The notes under the pieces: model-generated
The model's input: only the letters and a program-made list of their open reading frames with translations
Database searches by the model: none
What the model was told of the DNA's origin: nothing
Made by a program: the position numbers and the translations under genes
Shown: positions 38,710 to 49,917 of the stretch, piece after piece
How positions within the stretch are numbered: the first letter of the stretch is position 1
How the letters are laid out: each line of letters starts with the position of its first letter
From: Bacteroidota bacterium
GTDB taxonomy: Bacteria > Bacteroidota > Bacteroidia > M30B66
Direction: 5' to 3'
NCBI GenBank assembly: GCA_027483445.1
Contig: JAIXUS010000005.1
Location: 140,927-204,926, forward strand
Length of the DNA: 64,000 nt

Positions 38710-39432
38710 TTAGAAGTTCGGACGGAACATGTATTTGTTGTAGAAGTCGTTGATTACTTTAACGGCTTCGTCAGAAGTATCCACAATGTTAAACAGGTCG
38801 AGGTCTTCGGGCGAGATGAAAGGATTTTCTTGAAGCAGCTGCTCTTTCACCCATTCAACCATACCACCCCAGAATTTTCGGCCTACAAGAACGAGTGGAA
38901 AACGAGCGATTTTATTGGTTTGAATCAGGGTGATGGCCTCGAAGAACTCGTCGAGTGTGCCGAAACCACCCGGCATGATCACAAAACCTTGGGCGTATTT
39001 CATAAACATCACCTTACGCACGAAGAAGTAGTCGAAGTTGATGATTTTATCGCGGTCGATGTATTTGTTGCCTTCCTGCTCATGCGGTAGAACGATGTTT
39101 AGTCCAACCGATTTTCCACCTCCGCGATGCGCACCACGGTTGCCGGCTTCCATAATTCCGGGGCCACCTCCGGTGATGATGCCATACCCTTCGAGGGTTA
39201 GTTTATAGGCAATTTCCTCAGCCAATATGTAATATGGGTGATCTTCCTTGAGGCGGGCCGAACCGAATATCGAAACGCAGGGTCCGATTTTACTCAGTTT
39301 TTCAAAGGCCTCCACGAACTCAGCCATAATCTTAAAGATCTGCCAAGAGTTGGTGGTTTTGATTTCGAAGGCGTCTTTTTCTTTAAAAGCTTCGATGATT
39401 TTGTCTTCGTGACGGCGATTTAGATTTTCCAT
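38710..39432 (-). CDS. LOG family (TIGR00730) nucleotide phosphoribohydrolase
   Basis: IFGSAR, TGGGPGIMEA, FFVRK and PGGFGTLDE; start taken at ATG 39432. Confidence 0.92.
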   Translation of the reverse strand: MENLNRRHEDKIIEAFKEKDAFEIKTTNSWQIFKIMAEFVEAFEKLSKIGPCVSIFGSARLKEDHPYYILAEEIAYKLTLEGYGIITGGGPGIMEAGNRGAHRGGGKSVGLNIVLPHEQEGNKYIDRDKIINFDYFFVRKVMFMKYAQGFVIMPGGFGTLDEFFEAITLIQTNKIARFPLVLVGRKFWGGMVEWVKEQLLQENPFISPEDLDLFNIVDTSDEAVKVINDFYNKYMFRPNF

Positions 39433-39462
39433 GTATCTGTTATCAGTGAATATCAATATGTT

Positions 39463-42324
39463 TCAATCTGCATTAACGGTAGTTCCTGAAGTGGCTAATT
39501 CTTCACGCAAGAACCGGGCGGTATGGCTTATCTTGCTTTTTGCCACTTCTTCGGGCGTGCCGGTAACAAGCACTGTGCCTCCTTTTTCGCCACCCTCAGG
39601 TCCCATGTCGATGATGTAATCTGCCACTTTCACAATATCGAGGTTGTGTTCAATTATAATGACCGTATTGCCTTTATCGACCAATTTTTGAAGCACATCG
39701 AGTAACACCCGAATGTCTTCAAAATGAAGTCCCGTAGTGGGCTCATCGAGAATATACAGCGTTTTTCCGGTATCTCTTCGGCTCAGCTCGGTGGCCAGTT
39801 TTACCCGTTGAGCTTCTCCACCCGACAAGGTGGTTGACGATTGACCTAAAGCCACATACCCTAAGCCTACATCATTGAGCGTCTTTATCTTGTGTTGGAT
39901 AGACGGGATGTTCTCAAAGAACTCTACCGCTTGCTCGATGGTCATGTTGAGGACATCAGAAATCGATTTCCCTTTATACCTCACCTCTAGGGTTTCGCGG
40001 TTGTAGCGTTTTCCCTGACAGCTCGGGCACTGCACATAAACGTCGGGAAGGAAGTTCATTTCAATCACCTGCATACCACCACCGGAACAGGTTTCGCAGC
40101 GTCCACCCTTTACATTAAAGCTGAATCTTCCGGGCTTATAGCCTCGGATTGCCGCTTCCGGCAGAGAAGCGAACAGGTTTCGAATGTCGGAGAACACACC
40201 GGTATAGGTGGCCGGATTGGAGCGCGGTGTTCGTCCAATCGGACTTTGGTCGATGTCGATGACCTTGTCGATGTTTTGCAGACCTTCAATTTTCTGGTGC
40301 GGAAGTGGCTCCTTATGAGCATTGTAAAAATAACGACTCAGGGCAGGGTAGAGGGTTTCGTTAATCAAGGTTGATTTTCCACTACCTGAAACCCCAGTCA
40401 CGCAAACCATCATTCCCAGTGGGATTTCAATGCTCACATTTTTTAGATTATTTCCGCTGGCTTTCTTAATCACTAGATGCTGGCCGCTGCCTTTTCGCCT
40501 TTCGGCGGGAAGGGCTATTTCCTTTTCCTTACGAATGTATGCAGCTGTGAGGGAGTTTCCGCTTACGATATGCTCGGGACTTCCTTCAGCAATGACTCTT
40601 CCACCGTGAACCCCTGCTCCCGGACCAATGTCGATTACATGGTCGGCCGCAAGAATCATGTCTTTGTCGTGCTCTACCACTAAAACCGAGTTTCCGGCAT
40701 CGCGAAGGTCTTTCAAGGCCTTGATTAGCTTGACGTTGTCGCGCTGATGAAGCCCAATGCTGGGCTCGTCGAGAATGTAAAGAACGCCAACGAGTTTCGA
40801 GCCGATTTGTGTGGCCAAACGAATGCGTTGCGCTTCCCCGCCACTGAGGCTTCCCGCGCTGCGGTTTAACGTGAGGTAATCGAGCCCGACTTCAAGCAGG
40901 AAGCCAATTCTCGTTCTGATTTCTTTCAGTACTTCTTTGGCTATGGCGAGTTGACGACCTTCCATCCGATCCTCAACGTCATCAAACCAAGCCTGCAACG
41001 ATTCAATATCGAGGCGAGCCAATTCAGCAATATTTTTCCCGTCTATTTTAAACCAAAGTGATTCTTTTTTCAATCGGGCGCCTTCGCATTCTGGGCAAAC
41101 CACATTGTTCATGTATTCGTCGGCCCAGTTTTTTCGACCATCGTCGTTGCTGTTTTCGTGCTGTTCGGCGATGAAATTCACAATACCACCAAACTGCATG
41201 GCATAACCTCCGTGCGTGTATTGCGGATTTTTGATTTTGAGAATTTCCTCAGTGCCGTAGAGGATGGCATTGAGCGCCGCTTCTTCAATCTCTGCAACTG
41301 GGGTGTCGAGGGTAAAATGGTATTTCTCGGCGATGGCTTCAACCTGTGCGAAAATCCAGTTGTTCTTGTATTCTCCTAGTGGAACGATGCCTCCCTTGCG
41401 CAAGCTCTTTTTGGGGTCGGGAATGATTTTGGCCATGTCGACCTGCGCAATTTCTCCCAAACCGTGGCATTTGGGGCAGGCTCCGTATGGCGAGTTGAAG
41501 GAAAATAGGTTAGGCGCAGGTTCGTCGTACGAGATTCCGGTAACCGGACACATCAGAAACTTGCTGTAATGTCGGAGGCTTTCAGATTCAAGTTCAGTAA
41601 CCATCATGGCCCCTTTGCCCAATTTCATGCACAGCTTAAGCGATTCAGCGATCCGGACTTTTTGTTTTTCGCTTACTTCAATGCGGTCGACTACAATCTC
41701 GATGTCGTGAATTTTGTATCGGTCTACCTTCATTCCGAAGGAGATGTCCTGAATAACTCCATCCACACGCACCTTGATAAACCCTTGTTTTCGGATTTGC
41801 TCAAACAACTCTCTATAATGTCCTTTTCGTCCTCTTACAACCGGCGCTAACAGTGCAATGCGTTGGCCATCAAACTCTTTGATGATTAAATCTTGAATTT
41901 GCTGCTCGGTGTAGCGCACCATTTTCTCACCACTTTTATACGAATAGGCGTCTCCGGCCCGCGCAAAGAGCAGACGCATGAAATCGTAGATTTCGGTAAT
42001 GGTTCCTACTGTTGATCTCGGGTTTTTACCGGTGGTTTTTTGTTCAATAGAGATAACCGGACTCAGTCCTGTAATGCGATCTACATCAGGGCGTTCCATC
42101 GAGCCCAGGAATTGTCTGGCATAGGCTGAGAAGCTTTCGATGTAGCGCCGTTGACCTTCGGCGTAAATGGTATCGAAGGCCAGCGATGACTTACCACTTC
42201 CGCTCAGACCCGTAATCACCACGAGCTTATTGCGTGGTATGCGCACGTCGATATTTTTCAGGTTGTGCTCGCGGGCACCGTAAACCTCGATGGCGCGGTC
42301 GGTATTAGGCAAGTCTGACTTCAT
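39463..42324 (-). CDS. uvrA: Excinuclease ABC subunit A
   Basis: Two Walker A motifs ([18 protein letters not shown]), two LSGGEAQR signatures and CxxC zinc fingers. Confidence 0.98.
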   Translation of the reverse strand: MKSDLPNTDRAIEVYGAREHNLKNIDVRIPRNKLVVITGLSGSGKSSLAFDTIYAEGQRRYIESFSAYARQFLGSMERPDVDRITGLSPVISIEQKTTGKNPRSTVGTITEIYDFMRLLFARAGDAYSYKSGEKMVRYTEQQIQDLIIKEFDGQRIALLAPVVRGRKGHYRELFEQIRKQGFIKVRVDGVIQDISFGMKVDRYKIHDIEIVVDRIEVSEKQKVRIAESLKLCMKLGKGAMMVTELESESLRHYSKFLMCPVTGISYDEPAPNLFSFNSPYGACPKCHGLGEIAQVDMAKIIPDPKKSLRKGGIVPLGEYKNNWIFAQVEAIAEKYHFTLDTPVAEIEEAALNAILYGTEEILKIKNPQYTHGGYAMQFGGIVNFIAEQHENSNDDGRKNWADEYMNNVVCPECEGARLKKESLWFKIDGKNIAELARLDIESLQAWFDDVEDRMEGRQLAIAKEVLKEIRTRIGFLLEVGLDYLTLNRSAGSLSGGEAQRIRLATQIGSKLVGVLYILDEPSIGLHQRDNVKLIKALKDLRDAGNSVLVVEHDKDMILAADHVIDIGPGAGVHGGRVIAEGSPEHIVSGNSLTAAYIRKEKEIALPAERRKGSGQHLVIKKASGNNLKNVSIEIPLGMMVCVTGVSGSGKSTLINETLYPALSRYFYNAHKEPLPHQKIEGLQNIDKVIDIDQSPIGRTPRSNPATYTGVFSDIRNLFASLPEAAIRGYKPGRFSFNVKGGRCETCSGGGMQVIEMNFLPDVYVQCPSCQGKRYNRETLEVRYKGKSISDVLNMTIEQAVEFFENIPSIQHKIKTLNDVGLGYVALGQSSTTLSGGEAQRVKLATELSRRDTGKTLYILDEPTTGLHFEDIRVLLDVLQKLVDKGNTVIIIEHNLDIVKVADYIIDMGPEGGEKGGTVLVTGTPEEVAKSKISHTARFLREELATSGTTVNAD

Positions 42325-42406
42325 GGTTTAAGGAACGGCAAAAGTAGCCAAATTGTTGATGATGTAAGGGGTGGAATGACTATTGGAATCGTGTATATTC
42401 GCAGTG

Positions 42407-43369
42407 ATGATTCGGGTTTTTCCCTTGTTGCTGATGCTGCTGTTTCCTATTCGTTGGGAGCTCAATAGCTTGCCTGTAATCAATGGAAAGTCTCGGTTTT
42501 CCTTATTTCCCGAACCATCGCCAATTTGGAAAGAAGCAAGTTTGCGCATTCCTTTTCGGTTTTCCGGTAATCTTATGTTGGTCGAGTTAAGTGTGGATAG
42601 TATTCGCGGCGATTTCATCCTCGATACCGGAGCTCCTCACTTAGTCCTCAACAAAACCTATTTTCGTTCATACCCTCGATTTGGCGAGGTACTGGCCTCC
42701 GGAGTGAGCGTGGCCGGAAATGTGGGCAATCAAACCCGTATTGGCAAACTCGATTTTGGTGGACTTGAGTTTAATGCAGTGGATGCCGACATGGTTCCTC
42801 TCGGGCATTTGGAAAGTACAACAGGTACGCCCATTTACGGATTGATTGGGTTGAATTTACTCGCTCGCTTGGAGCTGAATATTGATTTTGAAGCCGGTTT
42901 TTTGGAGTTTTTCCCGGTGAACCGTCGAGGTGAACGGATGGTTCCAGCCGCAGCCGATAGTGCTGATGTTGAATTGAATATGACCGGAAGCAACAGGCAG
43001 CTTTTTGTGGATGGCAGTATCGGGGGCAAAATGCTGAGGTATTGCCTCGATACCGGTGCAGAGACTAATCTGCTCCACAATCAACTCAGCAACAAGGTGA
43101 TGCAAAATGTACAGCTGATAAAACGTACGAGCATCACCGGAAGCACAGGCAAGGTTTCGGAAGCAGTTTTGGGGCGCATTGGTTCTATGCAGTTTGGAAA
43201 CCAGGGTTATCCCGGCTTGCCGGCAGTAATTTTAGATTTAAACCCCTTGAAAGCCGCTTTTCAAGAAGGGTTCGACGGGGTGCTGGGCATGGATTTTTTG
43301 TACCGCCATCGAAGGATGGTGATTAACTTGAGTCAACGTAAAGTAAGATTATGGAAGCGCGCGGACTAG
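42407..43369 (+). CDS. Twin-domain retropepsin-like aspartyl protease
   Basis: FILDTGA...GLIGLNLL and YCLDTGA...DGVLGMDFL; N-terminal hydrophobic signal; start moved to ATG 42407. Confidence 0.85.
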   Translation: MIRVFPLLLMLLFPIRWELNSLPVINGKSRFSLFPEPSPIWKEASLRIPFRFSGNLMLVELSVDSIRGDFILDTGAPHLVLNKTYFRSYPRFGEVLASGVSVAGNVGNQTRIGKLDFGGLEFNAVDADMVPLGHLESTTGTPIYGLIGLNLLARLELNIDFEAGFLEFFPVNRRGERMVPAAADSADVELNMTGSNRQLFVDGSIGGKMLRYCLDTGAETNLLHNQLSNKVMQNVQLIKRTSITGSTGKVSEAVLGRIGSMQFGNQGYPGLPAVILDLNPLKAAFQEGFDGVLGMDFLYRHRRMVINLSQRKVRLWKRAD

Positions 43370-44805
43370 GAATTTGGACATGGGTTTTTTGCTTTTTTCT
43401 TTGCGTGAGTGGCTTAAACGCTCAAAGCGACCCGGTTTGTTACATCGCGAATGGGAAATTGGTGGTTGAAATTCCTTCTCCTTACTCACAGCGTGCGCTC
43501 GACAGTTTGATTGCTGATTTCGACATGAATGGTCCTGAATTGCGACAAGCTCTGGCAACAGGCCGTTGGGATTATTTTCAGCAGAATGGATGGAAGGTTA
43601 AAACTTACCGAAATGGGAAGGTTAGGCTGCGTCGAAACTTCTATTCGTACCGAGGCGATTTGGACGACTGGCTGTCGATGATGTTTGTGAACAACAAGTA
43701 TAATCCATTTCAGCCCGGCATTCCTTACATGGATGCGCCTTACGGAGTGAATCGGTTTAACCGCAAGCGTTCCGTTTGGCAAACCGGCGATTCTACGGCT
43801 GTTTTTGTTTTGCACGATTATAAAGATGCCCGCGAGGTATTGCTTTCCGGAAGCTTTAATGGCTGGAAGACCGCCGAAGACAAGATGCTAAAAACCGATA
43901 GTGGGTGGGTAATTCAGAAAAAACTGAGACCAGGAAAGCACTTGTATAAGTTTATTGTTGATGGAGCCTGGAAGCCGGATCCTCAGAATTTACTGGAGGA
44001 AACGGACGGTTACATGGGCGAGAATTCAATTTATTATCAGACCAATACCCGGTTTTCGCTTGCCGGGTTTACCGATCGAAGTGAGTTTTACCTCAGCGGC
44101 GATTTTTGTGGTTGGAAGGAGCGCGAAATTCCGATGACGAAGCTGAGCAATGGTTGGGAGTGTTCTGTGTTTTTGGTGGATGGCACCTATCAATATAAGT
44201 ATACTTCCGGTGGGTTTTGGGTGGAAGACAAGGGCAATCCGCTGAAGGTGAACGATAACAACGGAGGTTTCAATTCGATAATCCAAAAGGGAGAGCCTGT
44301 GGTGTTTAGGTTGAAAGGATTTATGGAGGCGAAGAATGTCTATTTATCAGGCTCGTTTGTGAATTGGAATCCCAATGGTATTGCCATGGCACGCGTTGCA
44401 GATGGATGGGAGGCCCAATACGTTCCCGGAAAGGGCACGCATTATTACAAGTTTGTGGTGGATGGTAAATGGATGGTTGACCCGGCATCAGCCGATTCGA
44501 TTGATGATGGAATGGGCAATCGGAATTCATACCTGATTCACCAACCGAATCATGAGTTTGTGCTGAAAGGCTTTAGTGAAGCCAGGGAAGTCATCCTCTC
44601 CGGAACCTTCAACCACTGGACAGAATCGGGATTTCGAATGAAAAGAGAGGGAAATGTTTGGAAATTAGCGTTATACCTTCCGCCCGGGAAGCACCTTTAC
44701 AAGTTTATTATTGATGGTAAGTGGACATTAGACCCCGGCAATACACTGTGGGAAGACAACGAGGTGGGTACGGGCAATTCGATTCTTTGGGTGTATGATT
44801 ATTGA
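43351..44805 (+). CDS. Exported protein with four tandem AMPK-beta/CBM48-like glycogen-binding modules
   Basis: Four copies of LSG.F..W...M....GW...G.(H/Y).YK....G.W..D; signal peptide LNA-Q; no catalytic domain seen. Confidence 0.85.
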   Translation: MEARGLGIWTWVFCFFLCVSGLNAQSDPVCYIANGKLVVEIPSPYSQRALDSLIADFDMNGPELRQALATGRWDYFQQNGWKVKTYRNGKVRLRRNFYSYRGDLDDWLSMMFVNNKYNPFQPGIPYMDAPYGVNRFNRKRSVWQTGDSTAVFVLHDYKDAREVLLSGSFNGWKTAEDKMLKTDSGWVIQKKLRPGKHLYKFIVDGAWKPDPQNLLEETDGYMGENSIYYQTNTRFSLAGFTDRSEFYLSGDFCGWKEREIPMTKLSNGWECSVFLVDGTYQYKYTSGGFWVEDKGNPLKVNDNNGGFNSIIQKGEPVVFRLKGFMEAKNVYLSGSFVNWNPNGIAMARVADGWEAQYVPGKGTHYYKFVVDGKWMVDPASADSIDDGMGNRNSYLIHQPNHEFVLKGFSEAREVILSGTFNHWTESGFRMKREGNVWKLALYLPPGKHLYKFIIDGKWTLDPGNTLWEDNEVGTGNSILWVYDY

Positions 44806-45839
44806 GCCGGTGGGATGACCGTATCGCGTTGTCCGTTTTTCTCTTCCATGGCTTCGGCTTCCTTCACGAGTGCTTTGTGGTTTTTTGCGTTTTCGCTGGG
44901 AACAAGAATCGAAAATCGTTTTTTCTCCGGATTGCTCAACTTGTCGCCCTTCAGCCAAGGATTATAATAGCGGAGGAGCTTATAATTCGTACCTAACTTT
45001 TGGGCAAAATCGGGGAGGCTGTTGATGGTTGAGTCGATAACCATCACTTTTCCGGGCAGGGCGGGGTAAAGGTCTTTCTTTCTCAGAATGAATCCGTACT
45101 GGGCAGGATTGCTAAGGATTTCCTTCATGGCCAGCACTCTAAAAATATACCTTCCGGTTTCTTCATTGAGCAGAAGGTCGTAGTATGAATTCACCTTCTG
45201 ACGCTCAAGCTGTTTTTGAATACCGGTAATTCCGAGGTTAAACGATGCTGCGACGAGTGTCCAGTTACCAAACGTTTTGTATGATTCTTTAAAGAGCTTG
45301 CAGGCTGCTTCCGTGGATTTCTCAAAGTGGTATCGCTCGTCAATTTCCTCGCTGATGGTTAATCCATACCCCTGAGCGGTGGAAGGAATAAACTGCCAGA
45401 AACCTGCGGCGCCTTTGGGAGAAACGTTGAATTGAAATCCGCTTTCAACGACTGCGAGGTATTTAAAATCGTCGGGAATACCATGTTTTTTGAGGATTCG
45501 CGAGATTGCCGGCAGCCAACGGTTTGCACGTTTGATGAGCAGTAAGGTTTGCGATTGCCAATAGGTGTTAATCAGAAATTCACGATCGAGCCTTTCACGT
45601 ACTTCAAAATCTTCAACGGGTGCTGGCTCACCGCTAAAGTTCAAATCGTGCGGAATGTTTACCGCGTAAATCCGGTAATGGTCTTTGAAGTATTTCTGGT
45701 AGAGATCGTCATCAGACCCCACCTTACCTGAGAAAGTGAACAACCGAAGCATTCCCAGCGCGACGAGCAGAAGGCTGAGTGAAATCAGGGCTTTGAAGAA
45801 ACCCGAGGGTGGTTTTACAAATCGTTTAAGCAGATTCAC
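44799..45839 (-). CDS. Lytic transglycosylase (SLT/MltD-like)
   Basis: AVVES catalytic motif, AAGFWQF, AASFN and ETGRY; LysM-like tail (LRYYNPWL). Confidence 0.9.
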   Translation of the reverse strand: MNLLKRFVKPPSGFFKALISLSLLLVALGMLRLFTFSGKVGSDDDLYQKYFKDHYRIYAVNIPHDLNFSGEPAPVEDFEVRERLDREFLINTYWQSQTLLLIKRANRWLPAISRILKKHGIPDDFKYLAVVESGFQFNVSPKGAAGFWQFIPSTAQGYGLTISEEIDERYHFEKSTEAACKLFKESYKTFGNWTLVAASFNLGITGIQKQLERQKVNSYYDLLLNEETGRYIFRVLAMKEILSNPAQYGFILRKKDLYPALPGKVMVIDSTINSLPDFAQKLGTNYKLLRYYNPWLKGDKLSNPEKKRFSILVPSENAKNHKALVKEAEAMEEKNGQRDTVIPPAQ

Positions 45840-46921
45840 GCTTTCGGTTTGGGTTTGCTAATTCGGGTTGTTGAGTAAAGCGAACCCAGAATTAACGCAA
45901 ATAGACCTCCACATATTACGGAATAAGTTGTGTTCCAGTTACGAATATTGTTCATTACAAAAATGCCAACTACCATCGCCAACATTGAAATGGCAATCAT
46001 GACTATTGCTACCTGTCGATCGCTTAAACCGGCATACGAAAGATGATGCGTGGTATGGTCTCTACCGCCTACAAAAGGAGATTTTCCTTTTAAAAGGCGA
46101 TTGATTGACACTGTTGTGGTGTCGCTGATGGGAACTACGAAAACAAGAATTGCAACGATCAATTGACGCAGGGAGTCGAACTCTCCGTAATAATTGGGGG
46201 CGTTCCAAAAGTACTCGATGCCAATCCCAGCGAGAAACACACCAAGGAATTGTGAACCGGAGTCGCCCATGTACATTCGCGAAGGGTTCCAGTTGTAATA
46301 GAGAAAACCAAGCAGGGCTGAAACAACGCCGAGTAACAAGATTAAATCGAGGTTGATTGACGTGCCGCGGAAGGCAAAGCTCATAATGGCGCCCACACAA
46401 ATCACTACTGAAACCGAGGTGGTGATGGCATCCATGTTATCGAGCATATTCACCGAATTCATCAGGCCAACGACCCAGAAAAAGGTGATGAATACATTCA
46501 AGCCTTCCCAGGGAAAGATGTGAATTACATTGTCGCTAAGTACAAAAGAAGCCCCGCAGATAAACTGCACGAGGAATTTCATAAATGGTTTGGTGTTGTA
46601 GGCATCGTCGGCCAAACCCATGAGAAACCCGAGCGATACAGAGAGGAAAAATCCAAGGAAACGCTTGTTGAGTAGCATTTCCTGATTCGGGAAGAAGATG
46701 GTAAAGAAAACGATCGAAAGCAGAAAAATCAGGTAGAATGAAATTCCGCCAAGGGCAGGTTTTGTGGTTGAGGCCCAACGAATTTGTTCGAATTCGTTTT
46801 TGGTGCCCATGCTTCTGGAAAATTTTAGCAATAAGCCATTCACCAGAATCGACAGTGCTACCATCACAGCGATGAAAGTGGTGAGCAATATGGAGAAGGT
46901 GAAGTTACCGAGTTCCAACAT
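45836..46921 (-). CDS. MraY/WecA-family undecaprenyl-phosphate hexosamine-1-phosphate transferase
   Basis: GLADD, NSVNMLDNMD, YMGDSGS and DHTTHH; about 11 TM helices. Confidence 0.9.
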   Translation of the reverse strand: MLELGNFTFSILLTTFIAVMVALSILVNGLLLKFSRSMGTKNEFEQIRWASTTKPALGGISFYLIFLLSIVFFTIFFPNQEMLLNKRFLGFFLSVSLGFLMGLADDAYNTKPFMKFLVQFICGASFVLSDNVIHIFPWEGLNVFITFFWVVGLMNSVNMLDNMDAITTSVSVVICVGAIMSFAFRGTSINLDLILLLGVVSALLGFLYYNWNPSRMYMGDSGSQFLGVFLAGIGIEYFWNAPNYYGEFDSLRQLIVAILVFVVPISDTTTVSINRLLKGKSPFVGGRDHTTHHLSYAGLSDRQVAIVMIAISMLAMVVGIFVMNNIRNWNTTYSVICGGLFALILGSLYSTTRISKPKPKA

Positions 46922-46923
46922 GG

Positions 46924-47487
46924 TTAAAGAGGCTGTGGGTTATATTGAAACGGAGAGTTAAAATCTGCCAGAAATGGGTTGTTCCGGTCTTTTTCTGAGA
47001 GTAGCGGATCATGAATTCCCCAATCGATGTTGAGTTGTGGATCGTCCCAAGCAATTCCGTTTTCGAGGGGCTTGTTGTAAAAATTGCCGCATTTATAACT
47101 AAAAACGGTGTTGTCGTGAAGCGTTAGAAACCCATGTGCAAAGCCAACGGGTATATAAAGCATGAGCTTGTTTTTTTCGTTAAGTTCAGTTGCATAGTGC
47201 TTTCCGAAAGTAGGTGATCCTATGCGAATATCTACGGCAACATCAAGTACTGCCCCTTGAATAACTCTAACAAGTTTGGATTGCGCGGCCTCAGCAACCT
47301 GAAAATGCAAACCTCTTAAAACACCTTTTTGTGAGAGGCTTTGGTTGTCCTGAACAAAATGGTCATGAATTCCGGCATCCTGAAAGGCTTTTGCGTTATA
47401 CGACTCAAAGAAATAGCCTCTCGGATCTTCGAAAACAGTTGGATGAATCAGGAAAAGGTCGGGTATAAAAGTCTTTTCAATACGCAT
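46924..47487 (-). CDS. rfbC: dTDP-4-dehydrorhamnose 3,5-epimerase
   Basis: DPRGYFFESY, QDNQS, VLRGLHFQ, GFAHGF and LSEKD. Confidence 0.96.
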   Translation of the reverse strand: MRIEKTFIPDLFLIHPTVFEDPRGYFFESYNAKAFQDAGIHDHFVQDNQSLSQKGVLRGLHFQVAEAAQSKLVRVIQGAVLDVAVDIRIGSPTFGKHYATELNEKNKLMLYIPVGFAHGFLTLHDNTVFSYKCGNFYNKPLENGIAWDDPQLNIDWGIHDPLLSEKDRNNPFLADFNSPFQYNPQPL

Positions 47488-49917
47488 TTACTTGTTGATT
47501 AGTTTTCGGAAGAACTCTTTCAAACTGAATCGCTCGCGGCGGATGTCTTCGTCGTAATAGCCAAAACCATAACCATAACCATAGCCATAGTCATAGTCGT
47601 ACACACCACTGTAGCCATAACCAGAACGCTTAATGTCGACAGAGTTAAGGATGATGGACAGGTTTTTAATGTTATTGTCGCGAATGAGTTTCTTCACGTT
47701 CTGCACGAAATTTCGTTTTGAAAAATTCTCGCGAAAAACGTAAATCGGATAATCGGCCATTTTGATGATTTTAATACCATCGGTAACAAGCCCTACGGGC
47801 GGATTATCGATTACAATTAAATCATACATTTTCTTCAGCTCTTCGATAATATCGGCCATTTTCGAGCTGATGATTAGTTCTGAAGGGTTAGGAGGAACGG
47901 GCCCTGCCGTGATGAAATCGAGATTGGTGAGCGACGATTTGAATACGCAATCCGCAATAGAGTTTCGTCCAATCAGGATGGTACTCATGCCTTTATCGTT
48001 AGGAACCCCAAATCCGACGTGGATTTTAGGTTTACGCATGTCAAGGTCGAGAATAATTACCCTTTTCTCAGAAAACGCAATAATACCCGCCAGATTCAAA
48101 GCCACAAAGGTTTTTCCTTCACCCGAAATGGTTGAGGTAATGGCTAATACTTTAGGTTCGTTGCTGGGGGAAAGAAATTCTAAATTGGAGCGAATCGAAC
48201 GTAACGATTCTGCAATAATTGATTTGGGTTTTTTATCAACCAAAAGCTGAGAAATGGGAATGACATCCTTGTAATTTGGAACGATTCCCAACAGCGGAAC
48301 ATCAAGATACTTCATGATTTCGTTCATGGAAGTAATCTCGTTGTAAAGCAGGTAGCGGATAACAATGATAATTAAACTGGCTACAATCCAACCAATCAGG
48401 GCACTTAGAGCTACAATTTTGCGACTTGGAAAATAAGGTGCTGCCGGTGTTGATGAAAGTTCGAGCACTGTATTTTCTGAGGTGATACCGGCATTGGCAA
48501 TCGCAAGTTCAGATTTAATTTCAACGAGGCGATTGTAGTAGTTTTCGTTGATGGCGTTAAGTTTCTGAAGTCTAACGAATTCAATTCGGTCGAATGTTAA
48601 TGCACTCTTCCGTATTTCATCTTCATAACTATTAATGCGTTGCTCAACCTCTGTTTTTTGGTCGTACAAGCTTCTCTTCAACGACGATAATGTTTCCATG
48701 ATCAATTTCCGCTGAATTGAAATCTGGTAATCGATGTAGGAAATTTTGGAAGAGTTTTGCGTAGAGCTGTATAGCGCGTTGGAACGTTTTTGCAGAAGAC
48801 CTTTCAGCTCGTCGAGCATGGTTTTAAGTGTTCCCTGCACTTCGGTTCCGGCCAACAAAGAGACCAATTGATACACATCAATGTCTTTATCCTGATTTAC
48901 CGATTTTTCTATCGTATTCAGTCCGGCCTCGTCAAGCTGGAGTTGATTTAACTTCTCCTCCAAATCATTTATACGCGTTGAAAAATCTGGAAGCGGAGTT
49001 TCATCATTGAGTTTATTTGCGGTTTTGAAATTTTGTAAATCTACTTCGCTATCATAGAGTTTATCGTAGACAACCTTTAATTGTTCATCGATAAATCGGA
49101 TAGTATTATTGGCAGATTCCGCCTGTTTTTCGATATCGTATATTTTGAATTCTTCGGCAATACTGTTGCAGATATCGGTGGCTTTGAAGGGGTTTCGTTC
49201 GTAATATTGAACTTTTATGGTTCCTGCGGCCTCATTTTCCTTATCCACTTTCAGATTGCCTGAATACGTTCTTACTAAGTTTTCTCGCTTGGTTAAAATG
49301 AAGTAATACGGGTAATCATTGAGCCCTCTGAGGTCATTTCGAATTTTATCAAAGTTTTTTGTTTTGATGAAAATTGAGTCAATAATTGGGAGCCTTTTCC
49401 ACGTGTTTGTTCTGAGTCGAAAAACAGTCTCTTTGTTGTTTAGGTTGGTTTTGAGGGTTACGTTATTTTCATCAGCGAACAGCACATAAACAGGAACATT
49501 ATAAAGCTCGTTAATGGGTTTTCTATATTCTATTTCAAAGGGCGATGTTTTGTACATCTCATAATTCAACACGTTACCAATTTGGTAATAGCTAATGTCT
49601 AATGGTAATTTATTAAATACCCTGTCGAGAAATGTAGCCGATTTAAGCAGTTCTATTTTTGAGGAAAGATCGCGTTGGGCCTTAAATTCGTCGCCAAGCA
49701 GCATTTTTGAATTTTTATCTGCCAGGGTGATTTGAATGATGGTTTTGGCTTCAAAAATGGGATAGGTGTATCGTAAGTAAAGGAATGCCATCAGAAAGGC
49801 AATCACAAAAAATAGAAGTATCCAGGCGATGTTCTTTCTCAGTACTTTGAGAAAAAGTCTGAAGTCGAAATCATCATTTAAATTCGATATTTTACGGTCC
49901 ACCATCTCTCGATCCAA
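47488..49917 (-). CDS. wzc: Polysaccharide co-polymerase / BY-kinase
   Basis: Two TM helices flanking a periplasmic coiled coil, Walker A GEGKT, DLDMRKP and a C-terminal Tyr cluster (GYGYSGVYDYDYGYGYGYGFGYY). Confidence 0.93.
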   Translation of the reverse strand: MDREMVDRKISNLNDDFDFRLFLKVLRKNIAWILLFFVIAFLMAFLYLRYTYPIFEAKTIIQITLADKNSKMLLGDEFKAQRDLSSKIELLKSATFLDRVFNKLPLDISYYQIGNVLNYEMYKTSPFEIEYRKPINELYNVPVYVLFADENNVTLKTNLNNKETVFRLRTNTWKRLPIIDSIFIKTKNFDKIRNDLRGLNDYPYYFILTKRENLVRTYSGNLKVDKENEAAGTIKVQYYERNPFKATDICNSIAEEFKIYDIEKQAESANNTIRFIDEQLKVVYDKLYDSEVDLQNFKTANKLNDETPLPDFSTRINDLEEKLNQLQLDEAGLNTIEKSVNQDKDIDVYQLVSLLAGTEVQGTLKTMLDELKGLLQKRSNALYSSTQNSSKISYIDYQISIQRKLIMETLSSLKRSLYDQKTEVEQRINSYEDEIRKSALTFDRIEFVRLQKLNAINENYYNRLVEIKSELAIANAGITSENTVLELSSTPAAPYFPSRKIVALSALIGWIVASLIIIVIRYLLYNEITSMNEIMKYLDVPLLGIVPNYKDVIPISQLLVDKKPKSIIAESLRSIRSNLEFLSPSNEPKVLAITSTISGEGKTFVALNLAGIIAFSEKRVIILDLDMRKPKIHVGFGVPNDKGMSTILIGRNSIADCVFKSSLTNLDFITAGPVPPNPSELIISSKMADIIEELKKMYDLIVIDNPPVGLVTDGIKIIKMADYPIYVFRENFSKRNFVQNVKKLIRDNNIKNLSIILNSVDIKRSGYGYSGVYDYDYGYGYGYGFGYYDEDIRRERFSLKEFFRKLINK

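Noticed and set aside
47560..47625. Short ccataa/ccatag tandem repeats
   Set aside because: They encode the normal Gly-Tyr cluster of Wzc and are not a contingency locus.
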